Origin: Candidatus Omnitrophota bacterium
GTDB taxonomy: Bacteria; Omnitrophota; Gorgyraeia; Gygaellales; Profunditerraquicolaceae
Assembly: GCA_041650295.1 (NCBI GenBank)
Contig: JBAZLM010000001.1
Location: 128,318-192,317 of the forward strand
Direction: 5' to 3'
Length of the DNA: 64,000 bases
A program made the position numbers and the translations under genes. The notes below the pieces were generated by a model. It was given only the letters and a program-made list of their open reading frames with translations. It was not told the DNA's origin and searched no databases. Positions 9,431 through 18,041 of the stretch are shown in pieces (within the stretch, counting starts at the first letter, position 1; every line of letters starts with the position of its first letter).

Positions 9431-10977
9431 AAAAGAGCCTGCCGGATTTTAGTGCGTTGTCGGTATTTCAGAATTATGCGGATGAGATTTGCATAAAAGT
9501 CAGTCCACAGGTTTTTAAGAATGTGTGTTTAGCTCTGCATAAAATGCTTCCTTCTCCGATCATGATGCTGTTTGCAGTTGATGAACGTAAGTTTTCGGGT
9601 GTATTTGTAGTTAACGCTGTGCTGGTGGATTTAAAACAAAGACAGTGGATTATTGTGAATATGGATATCCCACAGGAAAATCCATGTTTTGATTCATTGG
9701 CTAGAAATATGTATTCAGCTACTCTTTTTGAACGCGAGATTAAAGAGATGTTTGGTATCGAGCCTAAAGGTAACCCAAATTTAAGGCGGTTGAATTTGCA
9801 CGATGAGGTTTGGCCAGAAGGAAATTTTCCTTTACGCAAGGATTTTAAAGAAATGAATTCTGGGAGTTTAGGTGAATACAAGTTCAATCGAGTAGAAGGT
9901 GGGGGCATATTTGAAGTTCCGGTTGGTCCCGTGCATGCCGGAATTATTGGACCAGGTCATTTTCGTTTTAGTGTTGCGGGAGAGCCGATTGTAAATTTAG
10001 AGATTAGACTTGGATTTACGCATCGTGGAGTTGAGAAACTTTTTGAAGGTAAATCATGTGTTGATGCGATACGGTTTGCAGAGTGTATTTCTGGTGATGC
10101 GGTTTTTGCCTATAGCGTTGCCTTCGTTTCAGCTGCGGAAAAAATTTCCGGAATATTAATTCCTCAGAAAGCGGCTTATTTAAGAGGGATTTTTCTTGAG
10201 CTTGAGCGTATGTATAATCACGTTAATGATATTGGCGGTATGGCTTTAGATGTGGGATTTAGTTTTCCGGCTGCCTATGCTTCACTTATAAAGGAAGCGA
10301 TCTTGCAGCTAAACGAAAAGCTTACTGCTAGCAGGTATCTTAAAAAGGTTAATGTAATAGGTGGGGTTTCTATAGATATTGACCAGACAAAAAAAATAAT
10401 GCTTTTGGATTCTCTTAAAAAGATACAAAAGGATTTCAATGAGTTGGTTAAAATGTTAAATTTCAGTGTTTCTTTTATGGATAGAGTTGACACTACTGGT
10501 ACTTTAATAAGAAAGACTGCCCAGGATTTAGGTGTGGTTGGTCTCATCGCGCGTGCATCAGGTATTCCTGCGGACCTAAGAAAATATTTTCCTGGAGTAT
10601 ATAATCAAGTTAAATTTAAAATGATTACACGAGCGGGCGGGGATGCGCTATCAAGATTGGAGTTGAGATTTTATGAATTTGTTGAATCCTGTCGAATGAT
10701 TGAAGAATTTACCGCTAAGCTTGCCGAGGGTTTAGATATTAAAGTTAATTCGGTATTAAAGCAGGCAAGCGCGTTGGGTTATGTAGAAGGAGCCAGGGGG
10801 CCTGTTTTGTGTTGGCTTAAAGTAGATTCTAATGGCGTAATCCAAAGATGCAAGATTGTAGATCCTTCAAGTCATAATTGGCAGGGGCTTTCGTATGCAG
10901 TATTAGGTAATATTATCCCAGATTTTCCGCTTTGTAATAAAAGCTTTAATTTGTCGTATCCAGGAAATGATCTATAA
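9394..10977 (+). CDS. NuoC-NuoD-fused large-subunit homologue of group-4 [NiFe] hydrogenase (HycE/HyfG-like) lacking Ni-binding cysteines
   Basis: N-terminal NuoC-like region (FEREIKEMFGIEPKGNPNLRRL) and NuoD/HycE-like region (GPVHAGIIGPGHFRF...RLGFTHRGVEKLFE). The protein contains no CxxC pair anywhere: the L1 position reads AECISGDAVFAYS and the C-terminal position reads DFPLCNKSFNLSY. The start was chosen at the ATG after the RBS AAAGGGG (the track ORF begins at 9355, overlapping the upstream gene). Confidence 0.65.
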   Translation: MDMGCSEVISNIKKSLPDFSALSVFQNYADEICIKVSPQVFKNVCLALHKMLPSPIMMLFAVDERKFSGVFVVNAVLVDLKQRQWIIVNMDIPQENPCFDSLARNMYSATLFEREIKEMFGIEPKGNPNLRRLNLHDEVWPEGNFPLRKDFKEMNSGSLGEYKFNRVEGGGIFEVPVGPVHAGIIGPGHFRFSVAGEPIVNLEIRLGFTHRGVEKLFEGKSCVDAIRFAECISGDAVFAYSVAFVSAAEKISGILIPQKAAYLRGIFLELERMYNHVNDIGGMALDVGFSFPAAYASLIKEAILQLNEKLTASRYLKKVNVIGGVSIDIDQTKKIMLLDSLKKIQKDFNELVKMLNFSVSFMDRVDTTGTLIRKTAQDLGVVGLIARASGIPADLRKYFPGVYNQVKFKMITRAGGDALSRLELRFYEFVESCRMIEEFTAKLAEGLDIKVNSVLKQASALGYVEGARGPVLCWLKVDSNGVIQRCKIVDPSSHNWQGLSYAVLGNIIPDFPLCNKSFNLSYPGNDL

Positions 10978-10980
10978 ATT

Positions 10981-11499
10981 ATGATATATATACTGAAAAA
11001 TAGGATTTTAAAAGGGATAGTGACTAAACATATTGGTCCAAGTTTATCTAAAGAGATAGAATTGGTCGGTTTGGGATTGAAATCATTAATTCAAAAAAGA
11101 TTTGGTAGGTCTTTGCATATACGCCAAGTGGATACGGGTTCTTGCGGAGCTTGTGAATCAGAGATCATTTCAGCGAACAACCCGATTTATGATTTGCAAA
11201 GGTTTGGAATAAGTTTTGTTGCTTCACCACGCCATGCTGATGCGCTCTTGGTTACTGGCCCTGTATCTAAAAATATGCTTATTGCCTTAAAGAAGACTTA
11301 TGAGGCGATGCCTGAGCCAAAATTTGTGATTACCTGTGGAGATTGTGCTTTAGATGGAGGATTGTTTAAGGATTCTTATTATGTTTGTGGAGCAGTAAAG
11401 AATATATTGCCGGTAGCATTGCATATTCCAGGATGCCCACCTAGTCCGCTAGATATTATCCAGGTGTTATTAACGTTTCTACGGAAGAAGGAGCAATAG
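10981..11499 (+). CDS. NuoB/HycG-like small subunit (predicted [4Fe-4S] cluster)
   Basis: SCGACESE ... SPRHADALLVTGP ... MPEPKFVITCGDCALDGG ... IPGCPPSP retains the four Cys and the SPRxxD/GCPP motifs of NuoB and hydrogenase small subunits. Confidence 0.7.
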   Translation: MIYILKNRILKGIVTKHIGPSLSKEIELVGLGLKSLIQKRFGRSLHIRQVDTGSCGACESEIISANNPIYDLQRFGISFVASPRHADALLVTGPVSKNMLIALKKTYEAMPEPKFVITCGDCALDGGLFKDSYYVCGAVKNILPVALHIPGCPPSPLDIIQVLLTFLRKKEQ

Positions 11500-11503
11500 T
11501 ATA

Positions 11504-11860
11504 ATGAGCAAGTTTATTATTACAACGTTAATGCTGGTATGCAGCAATGTATTTATGACCTTTGCTTGGTATGGCCACTTAAAAAATTATAACGATAAGC
11601 CTTGGATCATCGCGGCTATAATCAGTTGGGGCATTGCTTTATTTGAATATCTTCTACAAGTACCCGCTAATAGGATTGGCCATCAGGCGATGAGTCTTGG
11701 GCAGCTAAAAATCCTGCAAGAGGTAATCACTTTATCAGTATTTGTGCCGTTTTGTATATTTTATATGAAGGAGGGCTTAAAAAAAGATTATCTTTGGGCA
11801 GCGTTGTGCATTTTGGCTGCGGCCTTTTTTATGTTCCGGGGTTTATTAGCTAAGGTATAA
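11504..11860 (+). CDS. small 4-TM membrane protein (DMT/DUF486-like)
   Basis: 118 aa hydrophobic protein (FMTFAWYGHLK..WIIAAIISWGIALFEYLLQVPANRIGH), immediately downstream of the complex. Confidence 0.3.
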   Translation: MSKFIITTLMLVCSNVFMTFAWYGHLKNYNDKPWIIAAIISWGIALFEYLLQVPANRIGHQAMSLGQLKILQEVITLSVFVPFCIFYMKEGLKKDYLWAALCILAAAFFMFRGLLAKV

Positions 11861-11863
11861 AAA

Positions 11864-12367
11864 ATGTCTACTAGGTTAGCGCCTTTTTTAAAATTGTTAT
11901 TGTTTTTAGTTTGCGTTTTTTCTTTATTTATAATGAGGAAATTACTTAAAGATAATCTTAAGGAAGGTACCCAAGGGTCTTTTGGCAAAAGGGATGCTTT
12001 AGATTTGCCTAAGGGGGTTGAATGCTATTATCTGTCAGATTCTGTTTCTTGCGACGCACTATATAAATACGAAAGCCTGCTTGTTTCATCAACTCCGTTA
12101 CCAAGAATAATTGTTATTGAATTGAGTGAATTTAAAAGAATTGATGCGGCTGCCGCAGTGAAAGTAATTATTTTTTTTAGGTTTTGTGCACAAAAAAATA
12201 TTAAAGTAATTATAGTGTGTCGGCAGGACAAACTACCATTTTTATTAAGTAAAGAGGGTATTCATGATATTGTTGGGCCAAGACATATCGTTAAGGATCT
12301 TTGTAACGCAGTAGCTTTGTCGAAAGAATTACTAAAAGAAGAACCAATTGCTCAAGATAAATCATAG
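11864..12367 (+). CDS. membrane-anchored hypothetical protein (possible STAS-like fold)
   Basis: N-terminal TM helix; no clear motif; a hairpin terminator follows (12388-12415). Confidence 0.25.
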   Translation: MSTRLAPFLKLLLFLVCVFSLFIMRKLLKDNLKEGTQGSFGKRDALDLPKGVECYYLSDSVSCDALYKYESLLVSSTPLPRIIVIELSEFKRIDAAAAVKVIIFFRFCAQKNIKVIIVCRQDKLPFLLSKEGIHDIVGPRHIVKDLCNAVALSKELLKEEPIAQDKS

Positions 12368-12690
12368 ATTGTCGTTAATGATTACTTAATGTCCGCCCCT
12401 GTGAGGCGGACATTCTATATTCCGTTATCTCTCAATCAGTTGCATTGTTTCCAGCCAAAGAACACCGGACAAAACGGACATATTTTCACCTAACTTTATC
12501 TCTTGTAGTGTCTAATTTCTTGATATTTGCCCCATTTCCTATATAATTAGCCTGTTAGTATTTAGAGATACTGTTATTACCTATAGCAACGTGCGCAACC
12601 AAATAAACCCGTCATTTATGGCGGGTTTTCTATTTGCGTATATTTTTGTGATTTGTGGTAGAATATGCCTGTAAAAGGAGGCAATACCCT

Positions 12691-15402
12691 ATGAAACTAT
12701 CTTATGAATTCAAAAAGTTTTGTTTAGTTTTTTTAACTGCCACGTTGATTTTATCTTTATCCGGATGTTCGACATGTTCAAAAACCTCCGTCGGAAATCA
12801 AATTCAATTTCAGAAACATCCGATCGATTCCGATGTTTTTACAACTCTTCAAAGAACAGTAGTTCCTGCCGCAAAGCCTGCGCAAACGATTCGTCTAGAT
12901 GAGGTTTCAAAATATAATCAATACGGATATGGAAACTGGACGTTTGGCGACCCGCTTAAATCTGAAACACGCAACGATATTATGTCGCCGGCTTATAATG
13001 GAGACGCGGTTATTAAAAAAGCAAAGCTTTTGAATTTCTTTACGATCGCTGATATTCATATCACTGATAAAGAATCCCCTAATCAACTGATTTATCTCCA
13101 GCGTTTGCATCCCACATTGCCAGTTGGTGCTTCGCTATATTCAGGAATTATGTTGTTTACTACTCAGGTTTTGGATGCTGCTGTGCAGACGATCAACGCC
13201 TTACATAAACAAAACTCGTTTGATTTTGGTATCTCTTTAGGGGATACCTGTAACAGCACGCAGTATAACGAATTAAGGTGGTATATCGATGTTCTTGACG
13301 GCAAGGTTATTCATCCCAGCTCTGGCGCTCATCTAGGAGCTGATCGCATAGATTATCAGAAACCTTACCAAGCGGCGGGGCTAGATAAATCAATTCCCTG
13401 GTATCAGACCCTGGGCAATCACGATCATTTTTGGATGGGTTCCATTCCCGTAGACTATAGTCCTAGAAAAGATCTGCGCCAGTCTTATATTAGCGATGAA
13501 GTATTTGCTACAGCAGATATTCTGACCAATCCGGCAATGATTAATAATCGTGATTATTATATGGGGATCCTTGATGGGGCGACTCCTTACGGAGATATAA
13601 AATATGCTGGGCCGGTTAAAGATTTTAAAACTGTTCCCAAGATTGTCCCCGATTTGAATCGTCGTTCACTTTTGAGAAACGAGTGGATGAAAGAATTTTT
13701 TAATACATCAACTACTCCGGTTGGACACGGTTTTAATTTGGTTGATGCGCAGAAGGGATTTGCCTGTTATAGTTTTGTGCCGAATGCGGCTATACCAATT
13801 AAGGTTATTGTGCTCGACGACACTCAAGGTGAAAATGATGGTTCCTATGATATTCATGGACATGGTTTTCTTGACCAGGAGCGTTGGGATTGGCTAAAGA
13901 AAGAGCTCGCCGATGGAGATGCTGCTGGCCAATTAATGATTATCGCCGCACACGTGCCAATAGGCGTCGAATTGACTGCGCCGAATTCTGAGATGGGTTG
14001 GTGGACGGATCCTAAAAATGCTGTAACTTTTCCGGATTTGATTACTGAATTGCAAAATCATCCAAATTTAATTATGTGGATTGCGGGGCATCGTCATTTA
14101 AATACCATTAAAGCATTTATTTCACCCGATCCAATCAATGCTCCTGAAAAAGGTTTCTGGCAGGTTGAAACTTCATCTTTGAGAGATTTCCCGCAGCAGC
14201 TGCGAACTTTTCAAATTTATCTTAATAGCGATGAGACAATTTCAATCGTTACGACTAATGTTGATCCAGCGGTTAAAGATGGCTCGCTTGCGGCGAGATC
14301 GCGTAAATATGCGATTGCGGCAGAGCAGATAATTAATGCCAATATATACGATTATAATCCGACAAATGATCCCACTGTCAAGCCGCGGCCCAATGGATCA
14401 TATAATGCAGAGTTAAGAAAACAGTTAACTCCGGCAATGCGGGAAAAATTAGCAAAATTAAATTTGGCTAATATCAATGACCCGCTGCTGTCATGGAATG
14501 ATACTGCCTCAAAAAAAGCGATTATTGCTTTTGTTGAAGATGTGATTAAACCTGGCTCTCCGGATTTCGTACCAGTTGCGCAGCGCATTGCTACTTTTGA
14601 TAACGATGGCACGCTTTGGGCGGAGCAACCAATATATTTTCAATACTACTTTGCTTTTGATCGTATAAAAGCGCTTGCTCCACAACATCCGGAGTGGATA
14701 AATCAGGAGCCTTTTGCTTCTGTGCTTAAAGGCGACCTGGACTCTGCATTATCCGGCGGTGATCAGGCATTAATGACTATGTTTTTGGCTACACAGTCGG
14801 GTTTGACCACTGATGAATTTGAAAAATCCGTTAAGGATTGGATCTCTACCGCAAGACACCCTAAGACCAAACGGTTATATACGGAGATGGTCTATCAGCC
14901 GATGCTAGAGTTGCTTGCTTATTTACGGGCAAATGGTTTTAAAACTTATATTGTTTCTGGTGGAAGCGTTGAGTTCATGCGTCCGTGGTCAGAAAAGATC
15001 TATGGTATCCCTCCCGAACAAGTTATTGGCACCAGCAATAAAAAGAATTTTGAATTGCGTAATGGTAGCCCAGTGTTAGTAGAGACTGCGCAGTTTAACT
15101 TCGTCGATGATCGAGAAGGTAAACCCATAGGCATTGAGTCTTATATTGGTCGTCGACCGATTGCCTCATTTGGCAATTCCGATGGGGACCAGCAGATGAT
15201 GCAATGGACTGCTGCTGGTAACGGAGTTCGTTTTTGTCTTTTTGTACACCATACCGATGACAAGCGAGAGTGGGCTTATGATCGAGCGTCTTCGATCGGC
15301 CATTTCGATAAAGCTCTCGACGAAGCTTTGGCCAAAGGTTGGACCATTGTAGATATGCAGAATGACTGGAAAATTATTTACGCAGGTGATCAACAAATAT
15401 GA
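12691..15402 (+). CDS. secreted lipoprotein: calcineurin-like metallophosphoesterase domain fused to HAD-superfamily hydrolase domain
   Basis: RBS AGGAGG before the ATG at 12691. Lipobox LSLSGCST. Metallophosphatase motifs LGDTCNS, LGNHDHF and GHRH. C-terminal HAD motifs FDNDGTLW (DxDGT) and FGNSDGD. Confidence 0.55.
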   Translation: MKLSYEFKKFCLVFLTATLILSLSGCSTCSKTSVGNQIQFQKHPIDSDVFTTLQRTVVPAAKPAQTIRLDEVSKYNQYGYGNWTFGDPLKSETRNDIMSPAYNGDAVIKKAKLLNFFTIADIHITDKESPNQLIYLQRLHPTLPVGASLYSGIMLFTTQVLDAAVQTINALHKQNSFDFGISLGDTCNSTQYNELRWYIDVLDGKVIHPSSGAHLGADRIDYQKPYQAAGLDKSIPWYQTLGNHDHFWMGSIPVDYSPRKDLRQSYISDEVFATADILTNPAMINNRDYYMGILDGATPYGDIKYAGPVKDFKTVPKIVPDLNRRSLLRNEWMKEFFNTSTTPVGHGFNLVDAQKGFACYSFVPNAAIPIKVIVLDDTQGENDGSYDIHGHGFLDQERWDWLKKELADGDAAGQLMIIAAHVPIGVELTAPNSEMGWWTDPKNAVTFPDLITELQNHPNLIMWIAGHRHLNTIKAFISPDPINAPEKGFWQVETSSLRDFPQQLRTFQIYLNSDETISIVTTNVDPAVKDGSLAARSRKYAIAAEQIINANIYDYNPTNDPTVKPRPNGSYNAELRKQLTPAMREKLAKLNLANINDPLLSWNDTASKKAIIAFVEDVIKPGSPDFVPVAQRIATFDNDGTLWAEQPIYFQYYFAFDRIKALAPQHPEWINQEPFASVLKGDLDSALSGGDQALMTMFLATQSGLTTDEFEKSVKDWISTARHPKTKRLYTEMVYQPMLELLAYLRANGFKTYIVSGGSVEFMRPWSEKIYGIPPEQVIGTSNKKNFELRNGSPVLVETAQFNFVDDREGKPIGIESYIGRRPIASFGNSDGDQQMMQWTAAGNGVRFCLFVHHTDDKREWAYDRASSIGHFDKALDEALAKGWTIVDMQNDWKIIYAGDQQI

Positions 15403-16457
15403 AAATGATGCATAAAAGCATAATGTTTTTTTTGTGTTTATTTTTATCGATTCTAAATCTCGTATTTGTCGGCTCAGCATACGCTGGCCAGCAAGGACAT
15501 TATAATCCTGCGCCTATGGCGGTGAGAGATTATATTCTGCCTTCTAAGGGTTTTTATTTAATCGGCTATGATACTTATTACCACGCAGATAAAATGAAAG
15601 ACTCAAGTGGCAACACCCTTGACGCAGTGAATGTTTCAGGTTCATGGAACGGGACGGTTAGGTCAGTACCGATCACAATTACGGGAAATCTTAATGCGAA
15701 TTTAGATTTTAGTGTACATAGCGCGATGCAGACTTTGGCGTTTGCCTGGTCTACTGATAAGAAGATTTTAGGAGCCGATTATGGGTTTATGATTATTCCA
15801 TCGTGGGGTTATACCAGTGTTAATGTTGCAATGCAAGGTACAGCGTCGGGCACGATCAAGGTGGGTTCGCATTCTCGGAATTTTTCTACTGGAGAAGAAG
15901 TTAAAATTAAGGGTGCGCAATGGGGTCTTGGCGATTTAATTGTTCAGCCTTTGTGGCTGGACTGGCGAGGTAAAAATTATGATATGGCCTTTAGTTATGC
16001 GGCAACCCTTCCCACTGGTGCTTATGATAAAGATAATGTTGCTAACGTGGGCATGGGATTTTTTTCGCAACGTTTGCAATTAGCTAATTATTTTTATCCT
16101 TTTGAGAATAAAACTACCGCTTTTATGTTTACGCCTACTTATGAATGGAATAGTAAAAAAATTGATACGGATATCCAGCCGGGTCAGACCATGGCTATTG
16201 AATATGGCTTAAGTCAGTATGTGCATCCGCGGGTAGAAATCGGGCTTAGTGGGTATAATCAGTGGCAGATTACTGATGATTCGGGAAGTGCGGCTACGGA
16301 TAAGACTAAAGACACTATTAGCGGTGTTGGAGCGCAAATTGTTTATTGGGCGATTAAAGATAAATGTTCTCTCACCTTAAAAGTTAATAAGGAGTACGCC
16401 GGAAAAGATCGACTAGAAGGCCTTTTTGAATCGTTGAACTTTGTGTGGATTTTTTGA
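15399..16457 (+). CDS. outer-membrane β-barrel protein (MetA-pathway/transporter-like)
   Basis: Signal peptide ending AYA; β-strand-rich with alternating aromatics; C-terminal ...NFVWIF aromatic terminus is typical of OMPs. Confidence 0.45.
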   Translation: MKMMHKSIMFFLCLFLSILNLVFVGSAYAGQQGHYNPAPMAVRDYILPSKGFYLIGYDTYYHADKMKDSSGNTLDAVNVSGSWNGTVRSVPITITGNLNANLDFSVHSAMQTLAFAWSTDKKILGADYGFMIIPSWGYTSVNVAMQGTASGTIKVGSHSRNFSTGEEVKIKGAQWGLGDLIVQPLWLDWRGKNYDMAFSYAATLPTGAYDKDNVANVGMGFFSQRLQLANYFYPFENKTTAFMFTPTYEWNSKKIDTDIQPGQTMAIEYGLSQYVHPRVEIGLSGYNQWQITDDSGSAATDKTKDTISGVGAQIVYWAIKDKCSLTLKVNKEYAGKDRLEGLFESLNFVWIF

Positions 16458-16505
16458 TCCGTTTTAGATAATTATTTTGGTTACGTAAAAGTGATATTAA
16501 GTCTG

Positions 16506-17663
16506 TTAAAAATTTAACTCTTGCGTACCGATAATTATCTCTCCGTAATTCTCTGAAAAACTCGAAGCAACTATCTCTAATTTAAATTGTGTGGATGTGC
16601 CAGGAGTAAAGACGCCATTTTTGGATGAGCTTGCTCCGGTAGATAAGGATCCAATATTTTCATTGTTACTAGCTATTGCCCATTGGCCACCAGCTTGGCG
16701 GTGGTAAGTTTTAACGCGCACGTTACTTAAATTAATATTTCCGGAGTTAGTAGCGGTTACTGACCAGGAAGCAATGGTTCCCTGTTTTGATATTTGTACA
16801 TTTGAAAGATTTACACTAGCGACAATCGGTTCAAGTGTAATTGGTGTCGACTCTTTAATTATTTGATTGTTGCTCTTAAGAATAATTCTAAATTTTGTAC
16901 TTTCAGGATTACGCCAAAAGGTTAAAGAAACATTTTTTGATTCACCGGGCGCCATGTGATCAATACTGGTAAAACCGCAACCATCCCAATTACCGCCCGT
17001 AGATTCTTGGCCTCCCACTAATATTTTTTCATTAAATGTCACGGTATTGTTGTTAGTAACTGTTGCCGTCCATTGGAAACGACCTTCATAAGGGACAACT
17101 GTTACTGCAGTAATATTGAGGTTATTAGCTAAATCGGCGACATTTGCCGTAAAATTTACTGTTTTGCTACCGACAACCGTTAAAGGAGAATTTGCTAGCA
17201 CATCTAATTTAATTTGGCTAGCATCAGCCATTGCTCCGGAGCCTTGATGATTAGAGCTCCCGGCAGCTAAAATGTTTACATTTATTTGATTACCAGCTGG
17301 GCTCCAGGAGCCGTTTACTTTTTTTGAAAGCATTAAAACTACATTATTGATTGGGGCTTGAGTCCGGTTGTTTAATGCCGTCTGCCAGCTATAAACATCT
17401 CCTGAAACATGGGTAAATTGTAGTGAATTAACGAAGACCATATCGCGCGGTACATTTGTCAAGCGAGCGCTTGCTGCTGTTTTTTGTGTTGCTGAGGATT
17501 GAATTGCTGTAGAGGTTCTAGCTGGAGTAGCCGCTGATGCAGGAGTGGATACTGCTACCGGAGCTGGTTTAATGGTCGCCGTTGTTTCTTTTTTAGTTAT
17601 TTCTGCAGCAGCAGGATGAATAATTAAAAAACACAATAGCAAACTCATTATGAAGCTACTCAT
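16506..17663 (-). CDS. secreted Thr/Ala/Ser/Asn-rich cell-surface protein
   Basis: Signal peptide MSSFIMSLLLCFLIIHPAAAE; low-complexity T/A linker; N/S/T-rich β-type repeats. Confidence 0.4.
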   Translation of the reverse strand: MSSFIMSLLLCFLIIHPAAAEITKKETTATIKPAPVAVSTPASAATPARTSTAIQSSATQKTAASARLTNVPRDMVFVNSLQFTHVSGDVYSWQTALNNRTQAPINNVVLMLSKKVNGSWSPAGNQINVNILAAGSSNHQGSGAMADASQIKLDVLANSPLTVVGSKTVNFTANVADLANNLNITAVTVVPYEGRFQWTATVTNNNTVTFNEKILVGGQESTGGNWDGCGFTSIDHMAPGESKNVSLTFWRNPESTKFRIILKSNNQIIKESTPITLEPIVASVNLSNVQISKQGTIASWSVTATNSGNINLSNVRVKTYHRQAGGQWAIASNNENIGSLSTGASSSKNGVFTPGTSTQFKLEIVASSFSENYGEIIIGTQELNF

Positions 17664-17843
17664 GGCGACCTCCTTAATGATAATTATTTTTGCCGGATAA
17701 GCTAATTATAGGCTCAATAATTTAAGATATCAAGAGATATAGTTATGCGTAGAATCAATACGAAAAATATTTCTAAAGAATAACTTGACAAGAATTTTAA
17801 ATATGTTATAGTTTTAGTGACGATTAAGTCAAGAGGCACTGAT

Positions 17844-17987
17844 GCCCCAAAAAGTTTTGGGGCTTTTTTATTTTTCCAAGGACAATGTTGCCCTTTTTTA
17901 GAGCAGGGAATGCTCTCGAAAAGGGCTTTTTTATTTTCCAAAGACAGAGACGTCTTCAACCTATGCGGGTAGAAGCCGTCTTTTTTT
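17844..17987 (+). promoter_or_regulatory. three tandem intrinsic-terminator-like hairpins with T-runs in the amt leader
   Basis: GCCCCAAAAAGTTTTGGGGC+T9; GCCCTTTT..AAAAGGGC+T6ATTTT; GACGTCTTC..GAAGCCGTC+T7. A direct repeat TTTTTTATTTT(T)CCAA(G/A)GACA occurs twice. Confidence 0.4.
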
Positions 17988-18041
17988 GTGACGGTATTTT
18001 TGAAAAGATATTCTTTAGAAAGTTTTTATGCGGAGGTAATT

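Noticed and set aside
17844-17987. Glutamine (glnA-motif) riboswitch in the amt leader
   Set aside because: I could not recognise the conserved glnA-RNA core by eye; only generic hairpin+U-tract structures are evident. It is reported as terminator-like hairpins only.
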